Assembly (NCBI GenBank): GCA_963801355.1
Contig: CAWDEM010000008.1
Span: forward strand, 1,536,001-1,600,000
Direction of reading: 5' to 3'
Length of the DNA: 64,000 nt
DNA from: Ignavibacteriota bacterium
GTDB lineage: Bacteria; Bacteroidota; Ignavibacteria; UBA10030; UBA6906
The notes under the pieces were generated by a model. The model made no database searches and was not told where the DNA came from. It was given only the letters and a program-made list of their open reading frames with translations. A program made the translations under genes and the position numbers. This document shows positions 27,922-37,455 of the stretch, in pieces. Each line of letters opens with the position of its first letter. Positions within the stretch are counted from its first letter, which is position 1.

Positions 27922-29126
27922 ACGTCCTGGTCTTGAATTGCGGCAGCTCCTCGGTCAAGTATCAGTTTATCGACGGGATCGCGAAGAAGAAACTGGCAGG
28001 CGGGGTGGTCGAACGCATCGGCATGAGCGGCGCAACATTGACAAATGTGCGCCATGACGGCGATGAAGTCAAGATTGCTGGTGAGATCGTGGATCATACC
28101 GTGGCGATCGAATACATCCTCGCGATTCTGCTGAGCCGATCCCACGGTGTCATCAGCGACAAATCCGACATCCACGCCGTTGGGCACCGGGTGGTGCATG
28201 GCGGCGAAACCTTTTCGGGTTCCGTGTTGATCACCAAAGAGGTGGTCCACACACTCCGCGAGAACATCGAGCTTGCGCCCCTGCACAACCCCCACAATCT
28301 GCGCGGCATCGAGGCGTGTGACGCCAATCTCCCCGGCATTCCCCAGGTTGGTGTCTTCGACACCTCCTTCCATCTGGGTATGCCGAAGAAGGCGTATCTG
28401 TACGGCATCCCCTATTCCCTGTACACGCAGTACAAGATCCGCCGTTACGGCTTCCACGGCACGTCGCACCGCTTTGTCGCCAACCGCGCGGCCCAACTGC
28501 TCACGCGCAATTATGCCGACCTCAAGATCGTGACCTGTCATCTCGGGAACGGATGCAGCATGGCCGCAGTCGACCGCGGCGTTTCCGTGGACACCACCAT
28601 GGGGTTCACCCCGCTGGAAGGGCTGCTGATGGGCACCCGGAGCGGCGATCTGGATCCCTCCGTCATCCTGTTCCTGATGGCCAAGGAAGGCCTGACGATG
28701 AACGAAGCCTCAACACTGCTGAACAAGCACAGCGGGCTTCAGGGAATCTCGGGCGTCAGCAGCGATATGCGGGAGATCATCGCCGAGATGAACAACGGCG
28801 ACAAGAAGGCCACCTGGGCTTTCGAAGTCTTCTGCTACCGGGTGAGGAAATACATCGGCGCCTACGCTGCTGCCATGGGCGGGATCAACGCCGTGGTCTT
28901 CACCGGCGGCATCGGAGAAAACAGCAAGGAGGTCCGGAAATCCTGCTGTCAGGATTTGCAGTTCCTTGGCATCGATGTCGATGAAGACATTAACGCCTCG
29001 CCGGACAAAGAGAAGAATATCTCGAAGGCGGGAACCTCCACTGCCGTATTGGTCATCCCGACGAACGAGGAGCTGGTCATCGCGCTCGACACAGAAGAGA
29101 TCGTCGAGAAGCTCCCCAGAGGTTAA
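27918..29126 (+). CDS. ackA: Acetate kinase
   Basis: LNCGSSSVK, GHRVVHGG, APLHNP, YGFHGTSH, MGTRSGD and TNEE. Confidence 0.96.
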   Translation: MNVLVLNCGSSSVKYQFIDGIAKKKLAGGVVERIGMSGATLTNVRHDGDEVKIAGEIVDHTVAIEYILAILLSRSHGVISDKSDIHAVGHRVVHGGETFSGSVLITKEVVHTLRENIELAPLHNPHNLRGIEACDANLPGIPQVGVFDTSFHLGMPKKAYLYGIPYSLYTQYKIRRYGFHGTSHRFVANRAAQLLTRNYADLKIVTCHLGNGCSMAAVDRGVSVDTTMGFTPLEGLLMGTRSGDLDPSVILFLMAKEGLTMNEASTLLNKHSGLQGISGVSSDMREIIAEMNNGDKKATWAFEVFCYRVRKYIGAYAAAMGGINAVVFTGGIGENSKEVRKSCCQDLQFLGIDVDEDINASPDKEKNISKAGTSTAVLVIPTNEELVIALDTEEIVEKLPRG

Positions 29127-29725
29127 CCTTCAAACTGTGCGCCGCCGCCCGTCGCCTGTATGAGCTCCTGCCGGAGCGACTCCAGCCGCGAGCGGCGGAT
29201 TTCCAACCGGAAGTGGACAATCTCGTCGTAGCAGGTGCCGGCAATGCGCGCGCCGGAGCGAGAGACGACGTGCATGACCTGACTGACCCGGGAATGGTCC
29301 ACGGCAACGAGGAGTGGTGCGGTGATCAGTTTCACCTCCCGCCCGGCCTGCTTCACGGCAAGCGACGCTGCTTCACCATACGCCCGGACCAGCCCCCCCG
29401 TTCCCAGCTTTGTCCCCCCGAAATACCGCGTCACCACGACAAGGACGTTGGTCAATACCTCATGGTCAATAGCAGCAAGAATGGGCTTCCCCGCAGTACC
29501 CCCCGGCTCGCCGTCATCTGAAGTCCTGCTGTCCTGCCCGTCAACGCCGATGCGGTATGCATAACAGTGGTGGGTAGCGTCATGAAATTTCCTGCGGATG
29601 GACTGCAGAAATTCCTCCGCTTCCTCTTTCATCCCTGCAGGGACCGCATCTGCAATGAAGCGCGAGGCAAGTATGCGCGTTTCGGCGTGTCCCGCCCGCG
29701 TCACGGTGGCGTATTCATCGACCAT
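29123..29725 (-). CDS. yigZ: YigZ/IMPACT family protein
   Basis: SRFIA, ATHHCYAY, DDGEPGGTAGKP and TRYFGGTKLGTGGLVRAY. Confidence 0.92.
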   Translation of the reverse strand: MVDEYATVTRAGHAETRILASRFIADAVPAGMKEEAEEFLQSIRRKFHDATHHCYAYRIGVDGQDSRTSDDGEPGGTAGKPILAAIDHEVLTNVLVVVTRYFGGTKLGTGGLVRAYGEAASLAVKQAGREVKLITAPLLVAVDHSRVSQVMHVVSRSGARIAGTCYDEIVHFRLEIRRSRLESLRQELIQATGGGAQFEG

Positions 29726-29731
29726 AGCTGC

Positions 29732-29759
29732 AATATACGCCGAGATTCCTCCTGTTCAA
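29732..29759 (-). promoter_or_regulatory. Putative sigma70 promoter, probably giving a leaderless yigZ mRNA
   Basis: TTGAAC-16-TATATT, then 6 nt before the ATG. Confidence 0.45.
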
Positions 29760-29818
29760 AACCGGTCCCCGTACGTTTCCCTTACTCCCTCACGCAAGGT
29801 TCCATCGTGAAGGGTCCC

Positions 29819-29847
29819 TTGCAGCTTACCTTGCCCTTCTGTATCTT
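29819..29847 (+). promoter_or_regulatory. Putative sigma70 promoter for bshA
   Basis: TTGCAG-17-TATCTT. Confidence 0.45.
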
Positions 29848-29867
29848 CATCCGAACAGAGGAGAACG

Positions 29868-30998
29868 ATGAAAATCGGCATAGTTTGTTACCCGACGTAC
29901 GGCGGAAGCGGTGTTATTGCGACAGAGCTCGGCAAGGCGCTCGCCGACCGCGGCCACCTCATTCACTTCATCAGCTATGCCATGCCGATGAGGCTGGACG
30001 GCTATCTCGGCAACATTTTTTACCATGAAGTGGAAATGACAAGTTATCCCCTCTTCGAGTTCCCCCTCTACACGCCGGCGCTTGCGAGCAAGATCGTTGA
30101 AGTGTCCCGATTCGAGAAACTGGACATTGTCCACGCGCACTATGCCATCCCCCACGCCACAAGCGCCTATCTGGCCAAGCAGATACTGCACGACGAGCTG
30201 CGCGTGATCACGACGCTCCACGGTACCGATATCACGCTGGTAGGCCTCGAACCCAGCTTCCTCCCCGTGATGAAGTTCAGCATCGAGAAAAGCGACGGCG
30301 TCACCGCCGTGTCGCGGTTCCTCCGGGAGAAGACCCTGACCAACTACGGTATCGAGAAGGACATCCGCGTTATCCCGAACTTTGTCGACACCGAGAAGTA
30401 CCGGCGCATCGATTGCCAGCAGGTGCGCGATCGATTCGCCTCCGCAGGAGAGCGGGTGCTGGTCCATGTCTCGAATTTCCGGCTTGTCAAGCGCGTCCCG
30501 GACGTCATCCGCATTTTCAATGAGGTCCTGAAAAAAATCCCGGCAACCCTGGTCCTCGTGGGCGACGGCCCGGACCGCTCGGCCTGCGAACATCTGGCCC
30601 ATGAGCTCGGTCTCCATGACCGTGTGCGATTCCTGGGAAAGCAAACCGAACTGGTTCCGATTCTTTCTGCCGCCGACGTGATGCTGATGCCAAGCCAATC
30701 CGAAAGCTTCGGCCTGGCAGGCCTGGAGGGGATGGCCTGTGAAGTACCGTTAGTCTCCACGAGCGTCGGCGGACTGCCGGAACTGCAGGTCCACGGCGAA
30801 ACAGGATACATTGCGGAAATCGGCGACATCGACCGGATGGCGCGCTATACGATCGAACTCCTTTCGAACGACGCCCGCCTCGCCCTGTTCCGACGCGCTT
30901 GCCGGGCCCGGGCCGTCGAGCAATTCGACCTCAAACGGATCGTCAGTGACTATGAACAGTACTACGACGAATGCCTGCAGGCGTCTCCATCACCATAA
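29868..30998 (+). CDS. bshA: N-acetyl-alpha-D-glucosaminyl L-malate synthase
   Basis: MKIGIVCYPTYGGSGVIATELG, HAHYAIPHA, TTLHGTDIT, SNFRLVKR and ESFGL. Confidence 0.95.
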   Translation: MKIGIVCYPTYGGSGVIATELGKALADRGHLIHFISYAMPMRLDGYLGNIFYHEVEMTSYPLFEFPLYTPALASKIVEVSRFEKLDIVHAHYAIPHATSAYLAKQILHDELRVITTLHGTDITLVGLEPSFLPVMKFSIEKSDGVTAVSRFLREKTLTNYGIEKDIRVIPNFVDTEKYRRIDCQQVRDRFASAGERVLVHVSNFRLVKRVPDVIRIFNEVLKKIPATLVLVGDGPDRSACEHLAHELGLHDRVRFLGKQTELVPILSAADVMLMPSQSESFGLAGLEGMACEVPLVSTSVGGLPELQVHGETGYIAEIGDIDRMARYTIELLSNDARLALFRRACRARAVEQFDLKRIVSDYEQYYDECLQASPSP

Positions 30999-31009
30999 GG
31001 GAGGCAACA

Positions 31010-31312
31010 ATGACGGAAATTGTGCGCTGGAACAAATCCAAAAAACCTACGCTTGTTGAACTCCAGGCAATGCTCCGGGCGGAGGGACTTGCCCATGAGC
31101 TCTATGCAGACGCCCCGCATACAAAATACGGTCGCCATAAGCATGCGTTTGAAGATTTTATCGTCATCGTCACAGGGAAAATGAAACTGGTCACTGACCT
31201 TCACGAGTGGACATTGAAACCGGGGGATCGGCTCAACCTTCCGGCGAATACCGTCCATTCAGCGGAAATGATGGGCAAAGAAGAAGTGCAGTATCTGTCA
31301 GCTGCAAAGTAG
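31010..31312 (+). CDS. Cupin domain protein
   Basis: HKH...E...G...LKPGDRLNLPANTVHSA; SD GGGAGG. Confidence 0.8.
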   Translation: MTEIVRWNKSKKPTLVELQAMLRAEGLAHELYADAPHTKYGRHKHAFEDFIVIVTGKMKLVTDLHEWTLKPGDRLNLPANTVHSAEMMGKEEVQYLSAAK

Positions 31313-31354
31313 GAGTCTACCGGCACCGCGAGTGAGCACGACGTCTGCGGAAGG

Positions 31355-31912
31355 TCACATCCTCCCCGTAGCACCCTTCCGTCGTACCATCCAATCCACA
31401 AAACCCACGAGGGGCACCATGAGCAGGACCATCACGGTGATCTTTCCCGCCTGACTCCCGAATGCCATGTGAATGATCCGCGTCAACCAGCCGCTGCTTA
31501 CCGCGTACCCATGCTCCAGCCACCTCCCTGCACCATCCAGAAGCACCTGTCCCGGCAGCTCCTGCTGCATGTTTCCGACTTCACCGGTCCGGGCAAGGAG
31601 AATCCACACCACAGCTGCCATTCCCACCACGAGCAGTACTCCGACAATCGACGCCGCGTGTTCGAGAATCCGAAAGAGCCAGGGCACCGGCGGCTGAATG
31701 CCCAGACGCGAAAGCACGCGCTGTGTGAATTCCGGTCCGGGGGCGAGAACCGGCGCGGTCCGCATGAGTCGGTCAAACGATACGAGGCATGCGTACGTCG
31801 CAGCGCAGGACGTGCAGAGGTCCAGATGACGCCGGACCGGGAAGGCCGCGTTGCCGTCCAGCTCTCCGTCGGCGAGGAGTTGAAGGGTTTCGTGAGTTGG
31901 ATGCTCTGTCAT
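31355..31912 (-). CDS. Zinc-finger (zf-HC2) membrane anti-sigma factor
   Basis: DGEL...HLDLCTSC, then two TM segments; ATGA overlap with the ECF sigma gene. Confidence 0.85.
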   Translation of the reverse strand: MTEHPTHETLQLLADGELDGNAAFPVRRHLDLCTSCAATYACLVSFDRLMRTAPVLAPGPEFTQRVLSRLGIQPPVPWLFRILEHAASIVGVLLVVGMAAVVWILLARTGEVGNMQQELPGQVLLDGAGRWLEHGYAVSSGWLTRIIHMAFGSQAGKITVMVLLMVPLVGFVDWMVRRKGATGRM

Positions 31913-32484
31913 GCCGCCCTCACTTCATCGTTGTATCGTTCCATCAGCCGCTTGCGAAGGAGTGACCTCCCCCGGAAGAGATGTGTTTTCACGCTGCTCA
32001 CCGTGATCTGGAGAACGCTCGCAATCTCTTCATAGCGTTGCTCCTCAAAATAGAAGAGCAGCATCACTGTCCGGTATCGTTCCGGCAATTTCTGAAGTTC
32101 GGCGCTGAAGATTTCGTGCCGCTCTTCAGCCACAAAATGCTCCAGCGCATCCTGTTCCGCCGATGCGATGACATACTCTCCGCCGGCCAGCGCAATTTCA
32201 TCGAGAGAAGCCCCGGACGTCCGCCGGCGCGAAATGCGCGTGACGCAGGCATTGTACAGAATCCTGTAGAACCATGTGCCGAATTGCGATTCACCACGGA
32301 ATTCCGCAAGGGAACGATACGCGCGCACGAACGCATCCTGCACAGTCTCCTCCGCATCCTCCCTGTTACCAAGAAGACGACTGGCGAGCGAGAAGGCCCG
32401 GTCCTTGTACCGGTCCACCAGAACGCCGAATTGCCGCACATCTCCGGCGAGTATGCGGGCAACGATATCACGATCCGTGTTCAT
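31909..32484 (-). CDS. ECF RNA polymerase sigma factor
   Basis: DAEETVQDAFVRAY, FGTWFYRI and YEEIASVL...VKTHLFRGR. Confidence 0.93.
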   Translation of the reverse strand: MNTDRDIVARILAGDVRQFGVLVDRYKDRAFSLASRLLGNREDAEETVQDAFVRAYRSLAEFRGESQFGTWFYRILYNACVTRISRRRTSGASLDEIALAGGEYVIASAEQDALEHFVAEERHEIFSAELQKLPERYRTVMLLFYFEEQRYEEIASVLQITVSSVKTHLFRGRSLLRKRLMERYNDEVRAA

Positions 32485-32494
32485 CAACAGTTCT

Positions 32495-32580
32495 TTAGAC
32501 TACTCCCGGGCGAAAATGTTGCAGCTTCGCACGATTGCGCAGTCCCGGGACGCAACATTCAGGGCTATCGTGAGGTCCAA
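32495..32580. promoter_or_regulatory. Pair of divergent ECF-type promoters
   Basis: Minus: TGCAACATT...GTCTAA (17-nt spacer). Plus: CGCAACATT...GTCCAA (18-nt spacer). Confidence 0.6.
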
Positions 32581-32628
32581 AGGATCAGGAAGTCACCACA
32601 CAGCACATCAAGTCAGAAAGGAGCTCCC

Positions 32629-32979
32629 ATGGACGCCGGACCGATAATCGCTACGGTGTGTTTCTTCTCCTGCATAGTGATCATCTGGGGGGGAATAATC
32701 CTTACCCGTCACAAGGAAAAAATGACGATTCTCGAAAAAGGTTTGAACGCAGAAGAGATCAAGAGCCTGTACGGGCGAACCTTGAAGCCCTACAACCCGC
32801 GGGCGCCTCTTATGTGGGGCATCGTGTTTACTTCCCTCGGACTGGCAGCGCTCCTCAGCCTGATCCTTGTCGACTGGTATAACATCGATGGGGGCGTCAT
32901 ACCCGGGCTGATAGTGCTCTTCGGCGGGATTGGACTCATAGTGTTTCACGTCATCGCCGGGAAGAAGGAAACTCACTAG
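32629..32979 (+). CDS. DUF6249-like small membrane protein
   Basis: TRHKEKMTILEKG, LMWGIV...GLA and LFGGIGL; divergent from the ECF sigma gene; SD AAAGGAG. Confidence 0.7.
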   Translation: MDAGPIIATVCFFSCIVIIWGGIILTRHKEKMTILEKGLNAEEIKSLYGRTLKPYNPRAPLMWGIVFTSLGLAALLSLILVDWYNIDGGVIPGLIVLFGGIGLIVFHVIAGKKETH

Positions 32980-32999
32980 GCCAAGCCGCGAGGCCGAAG

Positions 33000-33037
33000 T
33001 CAGACCCCTGGCGTGCAGGGCGTCTACAGGGGTCTGA
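33000..33037. repeat. REP-like inverted repeat
   Basis: TCAGACCCCTG...CAGGGGTCTGA, 11-bp arms. Confidence 0.7.
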
Positions 33038-33040
33038 TCC

Positions 33041-33080
33041 GGACCGATTGACAATAGTCAATAGTCCATTGACTATTGTC
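33041..33080. repeat. Heptamer-based palindromic element, copy B
   Basis: GACAATAGTCAAT-AGTCC-ATTGACTATTGTC; near-identical to 9165-9202. Confidence 0.85.
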
Positions 33081-33318
33081 GATCGTTTGACTCAGGGAAA
33101 TTCGACGCTTTTCCCTTCGCTTCCTCATCCAGACGCTTCTGGCGTGTAAGTATGAGCCGCAACGCAATCCGGATTGCGAACAGCGTCAGCGCCACCGAGA
33201 ACAGCGGCCAGTGCCACGACCGGGGCACCAGCTGAAAGAATACTATCGCCACCATGGCAAGCATGACCACAATAGCGACCATGCCGTACATGTTAACCCC
33301 TCTGTTCGTTACCTGCAT
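33073..33318 (-). CDS. Small two-TM membrane protein
   Basis: Two hydrophobic helices and a basic tail; SD GAGGAG; follows mnmA. Confidence 0.65.
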   Translation of the reverse strand: MQVTNRGVNMYGMVAIVVMLAMVAIVFFQLVPRSWHWPLFSVALTLFAIRIALRLILTRQKRLDEEAKGKASNFPESNDRQ

Positions 33319-33345
33319 GTCTGCTCCTCTTCGTCTGGAAACACG

Positions 33346-34446
33346 TCAGGGGATGACCTCCTCAATGATTCCCCCTCCCACGACATCGTCCTCCTCATAC
33401 AGCACGACCGATTGTCCCGGCGTAATCGCGCGCCGGGGCTCGTCGAATAGCACCTCCAGCCGTCCATCCTCAAGCGTACGTGCACGCGCCGTTGAACCCT
33501 CATCTTTGTAGCGGACTTTCGCCGTCATCCGCATGGGCTCCCGGCATTCGGCATACTTGATCATGTTGACACTGCCGGCAACCAATCCCCGCGCCCTGAG
33601 GTCTGCCTCACGGCCAAGCTCCACCCTGTTCGCGTCCGCATCAATGCCCGTTACGTACAACGGCTCGCCCCGCGCGATACCGAGTCCCTTCCGCTGGCCG
33701 ATTGTGAAGAACGGATACCCCTTGTGCGATCCGATCGTCTGCCCATCCAATCTCAGTTCGCCGCCCTGCACACGCTGTTCGAGGCCGGGGACTCGCTCTT
33801 TCAGAAACCGTTCGTAGTTGTTGTCGGGAATGAAACAAATTTCGAAACTCTCCCCCTTGGCCGCCACGGGCAGACCGCGCCGGGCTGCGTAGTCACGGGC
33901 CTCCTCTTTGGCCATCCGGTCCAGCGGAAAGATCGTGCGCCGCAATGATTCCTGCGTCAGCCCCCAGAGCGCATAGGATTGGTCCTTCCTGCCGTCGAGG
34001 CCGCGCGATAACACCCACCGGCCGCTCCCGCTGTCACGGCGTACCGCGGCGTAGTGTCCGGTGGCGATTGCTCCCGCTCCCAGAGCTTCACTCTTCCGGA
34101 GCAGTTCCTCCCATTTGATTTTCCGGTTACACATCACACACGGATTCGGTGTCCTGCCGTTCAAATACTCCGCCACGAAATTGTCAATCACTTCCGCTGC
34201 AAACGGTGCACTGAAATCCAGAACGTAGTGAGGGATACCGAGGAGTGCTGCGACTGCGCGGGCATCATTAATGCCGTCGAGCGAGCAGCAGCTCGAGGCG
34301 CTGTCCGTATTGCCGCCGACATCTTCATACGCATACGTCTTGAGCGTGATGCCGATGACCTCGTAGCCCTGTTCCACGAGAAGCGCCGCCGCCACAGAAG
34401 AATCTACTCCCCCGCTCATCGCCACCACAACACGGTTCCGCACCAT
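33346..34446 (-). CDS. mnmA: tRNA 2-thiouridine(34) synthase
   Basis: AMSGGVDSS, TPNPCVMCN, ATGHY, KDQSY, EICF, TIGQRKGL and ITPGQ. Confidence 0.96.
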   Translation of the reverse strand: MVRNRVVVAMSGGVDSSVAAALLVEQGYEVIGITLKTYAYEDVGGNTDSASSCCSLDGINDARAVAALLGIPHYVLDFSAPFAAEVIDNFVAEYLNGRTPNPCVMCNRKIKWEELLRKSEALGAGAIATGHYAAVRRDSGSGRWVLSRGLDGRKDQSYALWGLTQESLRRTIFPLDRMAKEEARDYAARRGLPVAAKGESFEICFIPDNNYERFLKERVPGLEQRVQGGELRLDGQTIGSHKGYPFFTIGQRKGLGIARGEPLYVTGIDADANRVELGREADLRARGLVAGSVNMIKYAECREPMRMTAKVRYKDEGSTARARTLEDGRLEVLFDEPRRAITPGQSVVLYEEDDVVGGGIIEEVIP

Positions 34447-34485
34447 TGCCCCGCCGTCTCCTCTCCGTTCTTCCACTGGCGCCGT

Positions 34486-35451
34486 TCAACCCCGGTGTGA
34501 CAGTTCATGCCAAATCAGCGCCGCCGCGCCAAGAACCGCCGTATTTCCTTCCGCCAATCCCGAGGGAAGCAGCTTCACTTTGTTCCGGAATATGTTCAAC
34601 ATGTACTGCTCCATATAGCGGTGCGTCGGCTCGAAGATCAGAGGGCCTGCGTGGGCAAGGCCGCCAAAGAGCACAATGGCTTCCGGACTGGTATGCGCGA
34701 CCGCTTCGGAAAGCTTCAGCCCGAGGATACGTCCGGTTACCTCGAATGCCTCCCTCGCAATGATATCCCCTCTCAACGCCGCATCAGTAATCATTTTGGA
34801 AGTAAGCTGCTCAAAGGAAATCGCCCGCAATTCAGAATCCTCGCGGCGGACAGCCAGCAATTCAAAGACCGTGCGGCAGATGCCGCCCGCCGAAGCGTAT
34901 GCCTCCAGACACCCCCGCCTCCCGCACCCGCACCAGCGGCCATTCACGTCGACAGTCGTATGCCCCAGCTCCCCCGCAAATCCATCCGACCCGTAGATCA
35001 ACTTGCCGTTTGCAACGAGTCCGCTCCCCACCCCCGTGCCAAGCGTGATCACAATGTAGTCTTTCATCCCTTTTGCCGCCCCGAACATTCCTTCCCCGAG
35101 AGCCGCGGCGTTGGCATCGTTCGTGATCACCACCGGGAGTGAGAAATGCCTCTTGAAAAGTCCCACGACATCCACGACTCCCTTCCAGCTCAGGTTCGGT
35201 GGACTCTCCACCGTGCCTCGGTAATAGTTGGCGTTGGGCGCACCTATGCCTATGCCGACCATCGTATGGGAGGATTTCAAGGAAACGAACCCGCCTTGAA
35301 CGGCCTCGACAACACGGTCGACAAACAACTCGGGTGGTTCATGGGCGTTCGTGAGTATCGATTCCTCGCGGTAACAACGACCTCCTTTGTCCACGAACCC
35401 GAATTTGGTATTCGTGCCGCCAACGTCAATGCCGACAACAACTTCTGTCAT
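34486..35451 (-). CDS. ROK family sugar kinase (glucokinase)
   Basis: GIDVGGT, NDANAAA, TLGTGVG, GELGH and CGCGRRGCLE. Confidence 0.92.
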   Translation of the reverse strand: MTEVVVGIDVGGTNTKFGFVDKGGRCYREESILTNAHEPPELFVDRVVEAVQGGFVSLKSSHTMVGIGIGAPNANYYRGTVESPPNLSWKGVVDVVGLFKRHFSLPVVITNDANAAALGEGMFGAAKGMKDYIVITLGTGVGSGLVANGKLIYGSDGFAGELGHTTVDVNGRWCGCGRRGCLEAYASAGGICRTVFELLAVRREDSELRAISFEQLTSKMITDAALRGDIIAREAFEVTGRILGLKLSEAVAHTSPEAIVLFGGLAHAGPLIFEPTHRYMEQYMLNIFRNKVKLLPSGLAEGNTAVLGAAALIWHELSHRG

Positions 35452-35492
35452 GGTTTTTCCTGACTCAACGTGTATGGTCGCAGTTATCCAAT

Positions 35493-37454
35493 CTATGGCG
35501 GATCGATCTGAAAATCAACCTGTACAGCAAATTGAGCGTCACGCGAATTGCTGCGCCCGCCAACCACGCGCTCCGTTGAGGCGTAGTGCGCTGAAATGCG
35601 CCAGTCGGGAAGCGGCCGGCACATCACATGGCAATACCACCGGCGTCCGGTACCGGAGAGCAGTGTCAACCCCGAAAGCCCTTCCAGGGTCGTCTCAATG
35701 GCGTAGAGCCGGGAACCATAGGATTCTGACTGGAACAACGTCACACGTCCGGCGACGGCGATCCACCGGGCCGGTTCCCATCGCACCTCCCCTGCCGCCA
35801 TCCAACCGTGCTCATCCGCACCGGTGACCGGATCGGTGAACCGGAGTATTTCGATCCGGCCCCGGAGGCGCCATTGCACACCGCGTGTGAAATTCGCCGT
35901 GCAGTGAATCCTTCTGCGTGCTTCATCGGCAATCGCAGTACCCGGTCTTGCACCCGCAGCTGTCCGGATGCCCTGCTCGATCCACCTCTCTTCGCCGCGG
36001 ACGGTGAGCCTGAAGCCTTTCGCCAGATGCACTCCGGCCTCTCCCGCGATCTCCCTCCCTCCGGTGGGAAAGAGTCCCCCCGTGCTCCGCCAGGGCCTCC
36101 TGAATTGCAACACCTCCGCTTGCAGGTAGGAGTCGCTCGGCAGTGGGGTTTCAAGACTCCACCGCACTTCGCTCGAGTTGCGCACCGCCTCGCCAAATCC
36201 TCCTCCGAGCGCAAGAGGACTGTGAAATCCCGGCTGGCAGTAGCGGACGAGCAACTGCGCCGCACAGCGCTTCCCAACACTCATAGTAACCAACGCCGCA
36301 ATTCCCATCCCCCCCTGTGAGATCGCGTACTCCAACGCGCACCGTGCGAGCCCTGCCGCCGCCTGGCCGTCGATGCCCAATGTACCAAAGCCCTTCCCCG
36401 AAAGTTCGAACGGCCGATCGAACTTGATTGCATGATCGAACCACGACTGCACGGCGCTCACACCGATGCGCGCTGTTCCCGGAGCACGGAATTCGACGCG
36501 GCCACCGACGCACGAAAACAGCGCGGCATTTCTCCGCTCCACTGCCCGGGCGCTCCGGTACGCGCCTCCCGCCGCCAGACTCGTGATCTCATCCAGACTG
36601 TCGATCGAGGCGGCACACGGAGTGCGTGCGGCGAACAGGCAAGCTCGCACCTCCCCGCTCCCCGCAGGTATGCCAAGACTCACTCCCGCGCCGCGCAGAA
36701 AACCTTGCTCTCCTGAAGAGCGATGAGGAATGAAGCTGCCGCTCACCGGAGCGTTGAGAAAGGCATCCCTGCGCACTCCCTGACCCCAGAGCAACCCCAG
36801 TCCCGCCGTTGCCTGGAAATCTCCCAGGATGATTTGCCGTATACATCCCGCGGACTCATGCTGTACATATCCCGAAAGAGCCCCATCCCTGAGCCGCTCA
36901 CCCGCGTCGGCGACTCCCACCACTCCGGACTCCCAGCCTCTCGCGGGAGACACGACAGCACGCACATACCGCGAAACGTTTGGTCCCATGTACGAAGTGT
37001 CAGCGCCCGGTGTGCCGGGTAACGGCCGGAGCACACGTGAGCGAAGGGCAAGCATGTGCACGCGGCGCGGTGAGACGGTAACAAAAGGGCGGATCGTGGC
37101 CCAGACCCTCGAAGTTACACCCTCGATTCCGGCCAGGTCGAATGCAGACTTGAATGGCCCATGCGTCCGGCGATAGCGTTGTATCGCGCCGGCAGCCACC
37201 ATTGATATGCCGGGAAGGGCGAGCAACTCATCCTCGCCTGTCTCGTTGAGTTCAATCGGGTGCTCGCGGAACCAGACCAATCTCTCGAAGAGATCGCTGT
37301 CCATCTCTGTGCCGAGAAGTTGTTCGGCGATATCTTCCAGCGGCAGAATCGCAGAGGTATCAGGGGATTGGCTTAGCGTATCCGCGAAGTAGGTGCGGGC
37401 TGCACACGGTGTGCAGAGGACCAGAAGGGATGCCGCAGCGATGCACCTCTGCAT
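35493..37454 (-). CDS. Secreted ComEA-like helix-hairpin-helix protein with C-terminal beta-rich region
   Basis: PIELNETGEDELLALPGI...YRRTHGPF..AFDLAGIEG; ILGDFQATAGLGLLW; FLRGAG; RLYAIE. Confidence 0.75.
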   Translation of the reverse strand: MQRCIAAASLLVLCTPCAARTYFADTLSQSPDTSAILPLEDIAEQLLGTEMDSDLFERLVWFREHPIELNETGEDELLALPGISMVAAGAIQRYRRTHGPFKSAFDLAGIEGVTSRVWATIRPFVTVSPRRVHMLALRSRVLRPLPGTPGADTSYMGPNVSRYVRAVVSPARGWESGVVGVADAGERLRDGALSGYVQHESAGCIRQIILGDFQATAGLGLLWGQGVRRDAFLNAPVSGSFIPHRSSGEQGFLRGAGVSLGIPAGSGEVRACLFAARTPCAASIDSLDEITSLAAGGAYRSARAVERRNAALFSCVGGRVEFRAPGTARIGVSAVQSWFDHAIKFDRPFELSGKGFGTLGIDGQAAAGLARCALEYAISQGGMGIAALVTMSVGKRCAAQLLVRYCQPGFHSPLALGGGFGEAVRNSSEVRWSLETPLPSDSYLQAEVLQFRRPWRSTGGLFPTGGREIAGEAGVHLAKGFRLTVRGEERWIEQGIRTAAGARPGTAIADEARRRIHCTANFTRGVQWRLRGRIEILRFTDPVTGADEHGWMAAGEVRWEPARWIAVAGRVTLFQSESYGSRLYAIETTLEGLSGLTLLSGTGRRWYCHVMCRPLPDWRISAHYASTERVVGGRSNSRDAQFAVQVDFQIDPP

Positions 37455-37455
37455 T

